A stretch of 64,000 bases of DNA from Auanema rhodensis (taxonomy: Eukaryota > Animalia > Nematoda). This document shows, piece after piece, positions 25,301-37,300 of the stretch (positions are counted from its first letter, which is position 1; every line of letters begins with the position of its first letter). The stretch covers positions 8,432,001 through 8,496,000 of the forward strand of contig OZ059899.1 in NCBI GenBank assembly GCA_964057225.1. Direction: 5' to 3'. A program made the translations under genes and the position numbers. The notes under the pieces are model-generated. The model saw only the letters and a program-made list of their open reading frames with translations, was not told the origin of the DNA and made no database searches.

Positions 25301-28300
25301 TGTAGATGTTGTTGTGGATGGTGTCGTCGTTGACGTTGTAGATGTTGTTGTAGATGGAGTCGTCGTTGACGTTGAAGATGTTGTCGTAGATGGAGTCGTG
25401 CTCGTTGTCGTTGATGGAGTCGTCGTTGACGTTGTAGATGTTGTTGTGGATGGTGTCGTCGTTGACGTTGTTGATGTCGTCGTAGATGGAGTCGTGCTCG
25501 TTGTTGTAGATGGAGTTGTGCTCGTTGTTGTAGATGGAGTCGTCGTTGACGTTGTAGATGTCGTCGTAGATGGAGTCGTGCTCGTTGTTGTAGATGGAGT
25601 CGTGCTCGTTGTTGTAGATGGAGTCGTGCTCGTTGTTGTAGATGGAGTCGTCGTTGACGTTGTAGATGTTGTTGTGGATGGTGTCGTCGTTGATGTTGTT
25701 GATGTTGTTGTAGATGGAGTCGTGCTCGTTGTTGTAGATGGAGTCGTCGTTGACGTTGTAGATGTCGTCGTAGATGGAGTCGTGCTCGTTGTTGTAGATG
25801 GAGTCGTGCTCGTTGTTGTAGATGGAGTCGTCGTTGACGTTGTAGATGTCGTCGTAGATGGAGTCGTGCTCGTTGTTGTAGATGGAGTCGTGCTCGTTGT
25901 TGTAGATGGAGTTGTCGTTGACGTTGTAGATGTTGTTGTGGATGGTGTCGTCGTTGACGTTGTAGATGTTGTTGTAGATGGAGTCGTGCTCGTTGTTGTA
26001 GATGGAGTTGTGCTCGTTGTTGTAGATGGTGTCGTCGTTGACGTTGTAGATGTTGTTGTGGATGGTGTCGTCGTTGACGTTGTAGATGTTGTTGTAGATG
26101 GAGTCGTCGTTGACGTTGAAGATGTTGTCGTAGATGGAGTCGTGCTCGTTGTCGTTGATGGAGTCGTCGTTGACGTTGTAGATGTTGTTGTGGATGGTGT
26201 CGTCGTTGACGTTGTTGATGTCGTCGTAGATGGAGTCGTGCTCGTTGTTGTAGATGGAGTTGTGCTCGTTGTTGTAGATGGAGTCGTCGTTGACGTTGTA
26301 GATGTCGTCGTAGATGGAGTCGTGCTCGTTGTTGTAGATGGAGTCGTGCTCGTTGTTGTAGATGGAGTTGTCGTTGACGTTGTAGATGTTGTTGTGGATG
26401 GTGTCGTCGTTGACGTTGTAGATGTTGTTGTAGATGGAGTCGTGCTCGTTGTTGTAGATGGAGTTGTGCTCGTTGTTGTAGATGGTGTCGTCGTTGACGT
26501 TGTAGATGTTGTTGTGGATGGTGTCGTCGTTGACGTTGTAGATGTTGTTGTAGATGGAGTCGTCGTTGACGTTGTAGATGTTGTCGTAGATGGAGTCGTG
26601 CTCGTTGTGGTAGATGGAGTTGTCGTTGACGTTGTAGATGTTGTTGTAGATGGTGTCGTCGTTGACGTTGTAGATGTTGTTGTGGATGGTGTCGTCGTTG
26701 ACGTTGTAGATGTTGTTGTAGATGGAGTCGTCGTTGACGTTGTAGATGTTGTCGTAGATGGAGTCGTGCTCGTTGTGGTAGATGGAGTTGTCGTTGACGT
26801 TGTAGATGTTGTTGTGGATGGTGTCGTCGTTGACGTTGTAGATGTTGTTGTAGATGGAGTCGTGCTCGTTGTTGTAGATGGAGTTGTGCTCGTTGTTGTA
26901 GATGGAGTCGTCGTTGACGTTGTAGATGTCGTCGTAGATGGAGTCGTGCTCGTTGTTGTAGATGGAGTCGTGCTCGTTGTTGTAGATGGAGTTGTCGTTG
27001 ACGTTGTAGATGTTGTTGTGGATGGTGTCGTCGTTGACGTTGTAGATGTTGTTGTAGATGGAGTCGTGCTCGTTGTTGTAGATGGAGTTGTGCTCGTTGT
27101 TGTAGATGGAGTCGTCGTTGACGTTGTAGATGTCGTCGTAGATGGAGTCGTGCTCGTTGTTGTAGATGGAGTCGTGCTCGTTGTTGTAGATGGAGTTGTC
27201 GTTGACGTTGTAGATGTTGTTGTGGATGGTGTCGTCGTTGACGTTGTAGATGTTGTTGTAGATGGAGTCGTGCTCGTTGTTGTAGATGGAGTTGTGCTCG
27301 TTGTTGTAGATGGTGTCGTCGTTGACGTTGTAGATGTTGTTGTGGATGGTGTCGTCGTTGACGTTGTAGATGTTGTTGTAGATGGAGTCGTCGTTGACGT
27401 TGTAGATGTTGTCGTAGATGGAGTCGTGCTCGTTGTGGTAGATGGAGTTGTCGTTGACGTTGTAGATGTTGTTGTAGATGGTGTCGTCGTTGACGTTGTA
27501 GATGTTGTTGTGGATGGTGTCGTCGTTGACGTTGTAGATGTTGTTGTAGATGGAGTCGTCGTTGACGTTGTAGATGTTGTCGTAGATGGAGTCGTGCTCG
27601 TTGTGGTAGATGGAGTTGTCGTTGACGTTGTAGATGTTGTTGTGGATGGTGTCGTCGTTGACGTTGTAGATGTTGTTGTAGATGGAGTCGTGCTCGTTGT
27701 TGTAGATGGAGTTGTGCTCGTTGTTGTAGATGGAGTCGTCGTTGACGTTGTAGATGTCGTCGTAGATGGAGTCGTGCTCGTTGTTGTAGATGGAGTCGTG
27801 CTCGTTGTTGTAGATGGAGTTGTCGTTGACGTTGTAGATGTTGTTGTGGATGGTGTCGTCGTTGACGTTGTAGATGTTGTTGTAGATGGAGTCGTGCTCG
27901 TTGTTGTAGATGGAGTTGTGCTCGTTGTTGTAGATGGAGTCGTCGTTGACGTTGTAGATGTCGTCGTAGATGGAGTCGTGCTCGTTGTTGTAGATGGAGT
28001 CGTGCTCGTTGTTGTAGATGGAGTTGTCGTTGACGTTGTAGATGTTGTTGTAGATGGAGTTGTGCTCGTTGTTGTAGATGGAGTCGTCGTTGACGTTGTA
28101 GATGTCGTAGTAGATGGAGTTGTGCTCGTTGTTGTAGATGGAGTCGTGCTCGTTGTTGTAGATGGAGTCGTCGTTGATGTTGTTGATGTTGTTGTAGATG
28201 GAGTCGTCGTTGACGTTGTAGATGTTGTTGTAGATGGAGTCGTGCTCGTTGTTGTAGATGGAGTTGTGCTCGTTGTTGTAGATGGAGTCGTCGTTGACGT

Positions 28301-31300
28301 TGTAGATGTCGTCGTAGATGGAGTCGTGCTCGTTGTTGTAGATGGAGTCGTGCTCGTTGTTGTAGATGGAGTTGTCGTTGACGTTGTAGATGTTGTTGTG
28401 GATGGTGTCGTCGTTGACGTTGTAGATGTTGTTGTAGATGGAGTCGTGCTCGTTGTTGTAGATGGAGTTGTGCTCGTTGTTGTAGATGGTGTCGTCGTTG
28501 ACGTTGTAGATGTTGTTGTGGATGGTGTCGTCGTTGACGTTGTAGATGTTGTTGTAGATGGAGTCGTCGTTGACGTTGTAGATGTTGTTGTGGATGGTGT
28601 CGTCGTTGACGTTGTTGATGTCGTCGTAGATGGAGTCGTGCTCGTTGTTGTAGATGGAGTCGTCGTTGATGTTGTTGATGTTGTTGTAGATGGAGTCGTG
28701 CTCGTTGTTGTAGATGGAGTCGTGCTCGTTGTTGTAGATGGAGTTGTCCTTGACGTTGTAGATGTTGTTATGGATGGTGTCGTCGTTGACGTTGTAGATG
28801 TTGTTGTAGATGGAGTCGTGCTCGTTGTTGTAGATGGAGTTGTGCTCGTTGTTGTAGATGGAGTCGTCGTTGACGTTGTAGATGTCGTCGTAGATGGAGT
28901 CGTGCTCGTTGTTGTAGATGGAGTCGTGCTCGTTCTTGTAGATGGAGTTGTCGTTGACGTTGTAGATGTTGTTGTGGATGGTGTCGTCGTTGACGTTGTA
29001 GATGTTGTTGTAGATGGAGTTGTGCTCGTTGTTGTAGATGGAGTCGTCGTTGACGTTGTAGATGTCGTCGTAGATGGAGTCGTGCTCGTTGTTGTAGATG
29101 AAGTCGTGCTCGTTGTTGTAGATGGAGTTGTGCTCGTTGTTGTAGATGGAGTCGTCGTTGACGTTGTAGATGTCGTCGTAGATGGAGTCGTGCTCGTTGT
29201 TGTAGATGGAGTCGTGCTCGTTGTTGTAGATGGAGTTGTCGTTGACGTTGTAGATGTTGTTGTGGATGGTGTCGTCGTTGACGTTGTAGATGTTGTTGTA
29301 GATGGAGTCGTGCTCGTTGTTGTAGATGGAGTTGTGCTCGTTGTTGTAGATGGTGTCGTCGTTGACGTTGTAGATGTTGTTGTGGATGGTGTCGTGCTCG
29401 TTGTTGTAGATGGAGTTGTCGTTGACGTTGTAGATGTTGTTGTGGATGGTGTCGTCGTTGACGTTGTAGATGTTGTTGTAGATGGAGTCGTGCTCGTTGT
29501 TGTAGATGGAGTCGTCGTTGATGTTGTTGATGTTGTTGTAGATGGAGTCGTGCTCGTTGTTGTAGATGGAGTCGTCGTTGACGTTGTAGATGTCGTCGTA
29601 GATGGAGTCGTGCTCGTTGTTGTAGATGGAGTCGTGCTCGTTGTTGTAGATGGAGTTGTCGTTGACGTTGTAGATGTTGTTGTGGATGGTGTCGTCGTTG
29701 ACGTTGTAGATGTTGTTGTAGATGGAGTCGTGCTCGTTGTTGTAGATGGAGTTGTGCTCGTTGTTGTAGATGGTGTCGTCGTTGACGTTGTAGATGTTGT
29801 TGTGGATGGTGTCGTCGTTGACGTTGTAGATGTTGTTGTAGATGGAGTCGTCGTTGACGTTGTAGATGTTGTTGTGGATGGTGTCGTCGTTGACGTTGTT
29901 GATGTCGTCGTAGATGGAGTCGTGCTCGTTGTTGTAGATGGAGTCGTCGTTGATGTTGTTGATGTTGTTGTAGATGGAGTCGTGCTCGTTGTTGTAGATG
30001 GAGTCGTCGTTGACGTTGTAGATGTCGTCGTAGATGGAGTCGTGCTCGTTGTTGTAGATGGAGTCGTGCTCGTTGTTGTAGATGGAGTCGTGCTCGTTGT
30101 TGTAGATGGAGTCGTCGTTGATGTTGTTGATGTTGTTGTAGAGGGAGTCGTCGTTGACGTTGTAGATGTTGTTGTAGATGGAGTTGTGCTCGTTGTTGTA
30201 GATGGAGTCGTCGTTGACGTTGTAGATGTCGTCGTAGATGGAGTCGTGCTCGTTGTTGTAGATGGAGTCGTGCTCGTTGTTGTAGATGGAGTCGTCGTTG
30301 ACGTTGTAGATGTTGTTGTAGATGGAGTCGTGCTCGTTGTTGTAGATGGAGTCGTCGTTGACGTTGTAGATGTTGTTGTGGATGGTGTCGTCGTTGACGT
30401 TGTAGATGTTGTTGTAGATGGAGTTGTGCTCGTTGTTGTAGATGGAGTCGTCGTTGACGTTGTAGATGTCGTCGTAGATGGAGTCGTGCTCGTTGTTGTA
30501 GATGGAGTCGTCGTTGACGTTGTAGATGTTGTTGTGGATGGTGTCGTCGTTGACGTTGTAGATGTTGTTGTAGATGGAGTTGTGCTCGTTGTTGTAGATG
30601 GAGTCGTCGTTGACGTTGTAGATGTTGTCGTAGATGGAGTCGTGCTCGTTGTCGTAGATGGAGTCGTGCTCGTTGTTGTAGATGGAGTCGTGCTCGTTGT
30701 TGTAGATGGAGTCGTCGTTGATGTTGTTGATGTTGTTGTAGATGGAGTCGTGCTCGTTGTTGTAGATGGAGTCGTCGTTGACGTTGTAGATGTCGTCGTA
30801 GATGGAGTCGTGCTCGTTGTTGTAGATGGAGTCGTGCTCGTTGTTGTAGATGGAGTCGTGCTCGTTGTTGTAGATGGAGTTGTCGTTGACGTTGTAGATG
30901 TTGTTGTGGATGGAGTTGTGCTCGTTGTTGTAGATGGAGTCGTCGTTGACGTTGTAGATGTCGTCGTAGATGGAGTCGTGCTCGTTGTTGTAGATGGAGT
31001 CGTGCTCGTTGTTGTAGATGGTGTCGTCGTTGACGTTGTAGATGTTGTTGTGGATGGTGTCGTGCTCGTTGTTGTAGATGGAGTTGTCGTTGACGTTGTA
31101 GATGTTGTTGTGGATGGTGTCGTCGTTGACGTTGTAGATGTTGTTGTGGATGGAGTTGTGCTCGTTGTTGTAGATGGTGTCGTCGTTGACGTTGTAGATG
31201 TTGTTGTAGATGGAGTCGTGCTCGTTGTTGTAGATGGAGTTGTGCTCGTTGTTGTAGATGGTGTCGTCGTTGACGTTGTAGATGTTGTTGTGGATGGTGT

Positions 31301-34300
31301 CGTGCTCGTTGTTGTAGATGGAGTTGTCGTTGACGTTGTAGATGTTGTTGTGGATGGTGTCGTCGTTGACGTTGTAGATGTTGTTGTAGATGGAGTCGTG
31401 CTCGTTGTTGTAGATGGAGTCGTCGTTGATGTTGTTGATGTTGTTGTAGATGGAGTCGTGCTCGTTGTTGTAGATGGAGTCGTCGTTGACGTTGTAGATG
31501 TCGTCGTAGATGGAGTCGTGCTCGTTGTTGTAGATGGAGTCGTGCTCGTTGTTGTAGATGGAGTTGTCGTTGACGTTGTAGATGTTGTTGTGGATGGTGT
31601 CGTCGTTGACGTTGTAGATGTTGTTGTAGATGGAGTCGTGCTCGTTGTTGTAGATGGAGTTGTGCTCGTTGTTGTAGATGGTGTCGTCGTTGACGTTGTA
31701 GATGTTGTTGTGGATGGTGTCGTCGTTGACGTTGTAGATGTTGTTGTAGATGGAGTCGTCGTTGACGTTGTAGATGTTGTTGTGGATGGTGTCGTCGTTG
31801 ACGTTGTTGATGTCGTCGTAGATGGAGTCGTGCTCGTTGTTGTAGATGGAGTCGTCGTTGATGTTGTTGATGTTGTTGTAGATGGAGTCGTGCTCGTTGT
31901 TGTAGATGGAGTCGTCGTTGACGTTGTAGATGTCGTCGTAGATGGAGTCGTGCTCGTTGTTGTAGATGGAGTCGTGCTCGTTGTTGTAGATGGAGTCGTG
32001 CTCGTTGTTGTAGATGGAGTCGTCGTTGATGTTGTTGATGTTGTTGTAGAGGGAGTCGTCGTTGACGTTGTAGATGTTGTTGTAGATGGAGTTGTGCTCG
32101 TTGTTGTAGATGGAGTCGTCGTTGACGTTGTAGATGTCGTCGTAGATGGAGTCGTGCTCGTTGTTGTAGATGGAGTCGTGCTCGTTGTTGTAGATGGAGT
32201 CGTCGTTGACGTTGTAGATGTTGTTGTAGATGGAGTCGTGCTCGTTGTTGTAGATGGAGTCGTCGTTGACGTTGTAGATGTTGTTGTGGATGGTGTCGTC
32301 GTTGACGTTGTAGATGTTGTTGTAGATGGAGTTGTGCTCGTTGTTGTAGATGGAGTCGTCGTTGACGTTGTAGATGTCGTCGTAGATGGAGTCGTGCTCG
32401 TTGTTGTAGATGGAGTCGTCGTTGACGTTGTAGATGTTGTTGTGGATGGTGTCGTCGTTGACGTTGTAGATGTTGTTGTAGATGGAGTTGTGCTCGTTGT
32501 TGTAGATGGAGTCGTCGTTGACGTTGTAGATGTTGTCGTAGATGGAGTCGTGCTCGTTGTCGTAGATGGAGTCGTGCTCGTTGTTGTAGATGGAGTCGTG
32601 CTCGTTGTTGTAGATGGAGTCGTCGTTGATGTTGTTGATGTTGTTGTAGATGGAGTCGTGCTCGTTGTTGTAGATGGAGTCGTCGTTGACGTTGTAGATG
32701 TCGTCGTAGATGGAGTCGTGCTCGTTGTTGTAGATGGAGTCGTGCTCGTTGTTGTAGATGGAGTCGTGCTCGTTGTTGTAGATGGAGTTGTCGTTGACGT
32801 TGTAGATGTTGTTGTGGATGGTGTCGTCGTTGACGTTGTAGATGTTGTTGTAGATGGAGTCGTGCTCGTTGTTGTAGATGGAGTTGTGCTCGTTGTTGTA
32901 GATGGTGTCGTCGTTGACGTTGTAGATGTTGTTGTGGATGGTGTCGTCGTTGACGTTGTAGATGTTGTTGTAGATGGAGTCGTCGTTGACGTTGTAGATG
33001 TTGTTGTGGATGGTGTCGTCGTTGACGTTGTTGATGTCGTCGTAGATGGAGTCGTGCTCGTTGTTGTAGATGGAGTCGTCGTTGATGTTGTTGATGTTGT
33101 TGTAGATGGAGTCGTGCTCGTTGTTGTAGATGGAGTCGTGCTCGTTGTTGTAGATGGAGTTGTCCTTGACGTTGTAGATGTTGTTATGGATGGTGTCGTC
33201 GTTGACGTTGTAGATGTTGTTGTAGATGGAGTCGTGCTCGTTGTTGTAGATGGAGTTGTGCTCGTTGTTGTAGATGGAGTCGTCGTTGACGTTGTAGATG
33301 TCGTCGTAGATGGAGTCGTGCTCGTTGTTGTAGATGGAGTCGTGCTCGTTCTTGTAGATGGAGTTGTCGTTGACGTTGTAGATGTTGTTGTGGATGGTGT
33401 CGTCGTTGACGTTGTAGATGTTGTTGTAGATGGAGTTGTGCTCGTTGTTGTAGATGGAGTCGTCGTTGACGTTGTAGATGTCGTCGTAGATGGAGTCGTG
33501 CTCGTTGTTGTAGATGGAGTCGTGCTCGTTGTTGTAGATGGAGTTGTGCTCGTTGTTGTAGATGGAGTCGTCGTTGACGTTGTAGATGTCGTCGTAGATG
33601 GAGTCGTGCTCGTTGTTGTAGATGGAGTCGTGCTCGTTGTTGTAGATGGAGTTGTCGTTGACGTTGTAGATGTTGTTGTGGATGGTGTCGTCGTTGACGT
33701 TGTAGATGTTGTTGTAGATGGAGTCGTGCTCGTTGTTGTAGATGGAGTTGTGCTCGTTGTTGTAGATGGTGTCGTCGTTGACGTTGTAGATGTTGTTGTG
33801 GATGGTGTCGTGCTCGTTGTTGTAGATGGAGTTGTCGTTGACGTTGTAGATGTTGTTGTGGATGGTGTCGTCGTTGACGTTGTAGATGTTGTTGTAGATG
33901 GAGTCGTGCTCGTTGTTGTAGATGGAGTCGTCGTTGATGTTGTTGATGTTGTTGTAGATGGAGTCGTGCTCGTTGTTGTAGATGGAGTCGTCGTTGACGT
34001 TGTAGATGTTGTTGTGGATGGTGTCGTGCTCGTTGTTGTAGATGGAGTTGTCGTTGACGTTGTAGATGTTGTTGTGGATGGTGTCGTCGTTGACGTTGTA
34101 GATGTTGTTGTAGATGGAGTCGTGCTCGTTGTTGTAGATGGAGTCGTCGTTGACGTTGTAGATGTCGTCGTAGATGGAGTCGTGCTCGTTGTTGTAGATG
34201 GAGTCGTGCTCGTTGTGGTAGATGGAGTTGTCGTTGACGTTGTAGATGTTGTTGTGGATGGTGTCGTCGTTGACGTTGTAGATGTTGTTGTAGATGGAGT

Positions 34301-37300
34301 CGTGCTCGTTGTTGTAGATGGAGTTGTGCTCGTTGTTGTAGATGGAGTCGTCGTTGACGTTGTAGATGTCGTCGTAGATGGAGTCGTGCTCGTTGTTGTA
34401 GATGGAGTCGTGCTCGTTGTTGTAGATGGAGTTGTCGTTGACGTTGTAGATGTTGTTGTAGATGGAGTCGTCGTTGACGTTGTAGATGTTGTTGTGGATG
34501 GAGTCGTGCTCGTTGTTGCAGATGGAGTCGTCGTTGACGTTGTAGATGTTGTTGTAGATAGAGTTGTGCTCGTTGTTGTAGATGGAGTTGTCGTTGACGT
34601 TGTAGATGTCGTTGTGGATGGCGTCGTGCTCGTTGTTGTAGATGGAGTCGTCGTTGACGTTGTAGATGTTGTTGTGGATGGAGTCGTGCTCGTTGTTGTA
34701 GATGGAGTCGTCGTTGACGTTGTAGATGTTGTTGTAGATGGAGTCGTGCTCGTTGTTGTAGATGGAGTTCTCGTTGACGTTGTAGATGTCGTTGTGGATG
34801 GCGTCGTCGTTGACGTTGTAGATGTTGTTGTAGATGCAGTTGTGCTCGTTGTTGTAGATGGAGTCGTCGTTGACGTTGTAGATGTCGTCGTAGATGGAGT
34901 TGTGCTCGTTGTTGTAGATGGAGTCGTGCTCGTTGTAGTAGATGGTGTCGTCGTTGACGTTGTAGATGTCGTCGTAGATGGAGTCGTGCTCGTTGTTGTA
35001 GATGGAGTTGTGCTCGTTGTTGTAGATGGAGTCGTCGTTGACGTTGTAGATGTTGTTGTAGATGTTGTCGTAGATGGAGTCGTGCTCGTTGTTGTAGAAG
35101 GAGTCGTGCTAGTTGTTGTAGATGGTGTCGTCGTTGACGTTGTAGATGTTGTTGTAGATGGAGTCGTCGTTGACGTTGTAGATGTTGTTGTGGATGGTGT
35201 CGTCGTTGACGTTGTAGATGTTGTTGTAGATGGAGTCGTCGTTGACGTTGAAGATGTTCTCGTAGATGGAGTCGTGCTCGTTGTCGTTGATGGAGTCGTC
35301 GTTGACGTTGTAGATGTTGTTGTGGATGGTGTCGTCGTTGACGTTGTTGATGTCGTCGTAGATGGAGTCGTGCTCGTTGTTGTAGATGGAGTTGTGTTCG
35401 TTGTTGTAGATGGAGTCGTCGTTGACGTTGTAGATGTCGTCGTAGATGGAGTCGTGCTCGTTGTTGTAGATGGAGTTGTCGTTGACGTTGTAGATGTTGT
35501 TGTGGATGGTGTCGTCGTTGACGTTGTAGATGTTGTTGTAGATGGAGTCGTGCTCGTTGTTGTAGATGGAGTTGTGCTCGTTGTTGTAGATGGTGTCGTC
35601 GTTGACGTTGTAGATGTTGTTGTGGATGGTGTCGTCGTTGACGTTGTAGATGTTGTTGTAGATGGAGTCGTCGTTGACGTTGTAGATGTTGTCGTAGATG
35701 GAGTCGTGCTCGTTGTCGTTGATGGAGTCGTCGTTGACGTTGTAGATGTTGTTGTGGATGGTGTCATCGTTGACGTTGTTGATGTCGTCGTAGATGGAGT
35801 CGTGCTCGTTGTTGTAGATGGAGTCGTCGTTGACGTTGTAGATGTCGTCGTAGATGGAGTCGTGCTCGATGTTGTAGATGGAGTCGTGCTCGTTGTTGTA
35901 GATGGAGTTGTCGTTGACGTTGTAGATGTTGTTGTGGATGGTGTCGTCGTTGACGTTGTAGATGTTGTTGTAGATGGAGTCGTGCTCGTTGTTGTAGATG
36001 GAGTTGTGCTCGTTGTTGTAGATGGTGTCGTCGTTGACGTTGTAGATGTTGTTGTAGATGGAGTCGTCGTTGACGTTGTAGATGTTGTTGTGGATGGTGT
36101 CGTCGTTGACGTTGTTGATGTCGTCGTAGATGGAGTCGTGCTCGTTGTTATAGATGGAGTCGTCGTTGATGTTGTTGATGTTGTTGTAGATGGAGTCGTG
36201 CTCGTTGTTGTAGATGGAGTCGTCGTTGACGTTGTAGATGTCGTCGTAGATGGAGTCGTGCTCGTTGTTGTAGATGGAGTCGTGCTCGTTGTTGTAGATG
36301 GAGTTGTCGTTGACGTTGTAGATGTTGTTGTGGATGGTGTCGTCGTTGACGTTGTAGATGTTGTTGTAGATGGAGTCGTGCTCGTTGTTGTAGATGGAGT
36401 TGTGCTCGTTGTTGTAGATGGAGTCGTCGTTGACGTTGTAGATGTCGTCGTAGATGGAGTCGTGCTCGTTGTTGTAGATGGAGTCGTGCTCGTTGTTGTA
36501 GATGGAGTTGTCGTTGACGTTGTAGATGTTGTTGTGGATGGTGTCGTCGTTGACGTTGTAGATGTTGTTGTAGATGGAGTTGTGCTCGTTGTTGTAGATG
36601 GAGTCGTCGTTGACGTTGTAGATGTCGTCGTAGATGGAGTCGTGCTCGTTGTTGTAGATGAAGTCGTGCTCGTTGTTGTAGATGGAGTCGTCGTTGATGT
36701 TGTTGATGTTGTTGTAGATGGAGTCGTCGTTGACGTTGTGGATGTTGTTGTAGATGGAGTCGTGCTCGTTGTTGTAGATGGAGTTGTGCTCGTTGTTGTA
36801 GATGGAGTCGTCGTTGACGTTGTAGATGTCGTCGTAGATGGAGTCGTGCTCGTTGTTGTAGATGGAGTCGTGCTCGTTGTTGTAGATGGAGTCGTCGTTG
36901 ACGTTGTAGATGTTGTTGTAGATGGAGTCGTCGTTGACGTTGTAGATGTTGTTGTGGATGGTGTCGTCGTTGACGTTGTTGATGTCGTCGTAGATGGAGT
37001 CGTGCTCGTTGTTGTAGATGGAGTCGTCGTTGATGTTGTTGATGTTGTTGTAGATGGAGTCGTGCTCGTTGTTGTAGATGGAGTCGTCGTTGACGTTGTA
37101 GATGTCGTCGTAGATGGAGTCGTGCTCGTTGTTGTAGATGGAGTCGTGCTCGTTGTGGTAGATGGAGTTGTCGTTGACGTTGTAGATGTTGTTGTGGATG
37201 GTGTCGTCGTTGACGTTGTAGATGTTGTTGTAGATGGAGTCGTGCTCGTTGTTGTAGATGGAGTTGTGCTCGTTGTTGTAGATGGAGTCGTCGTTGACGT

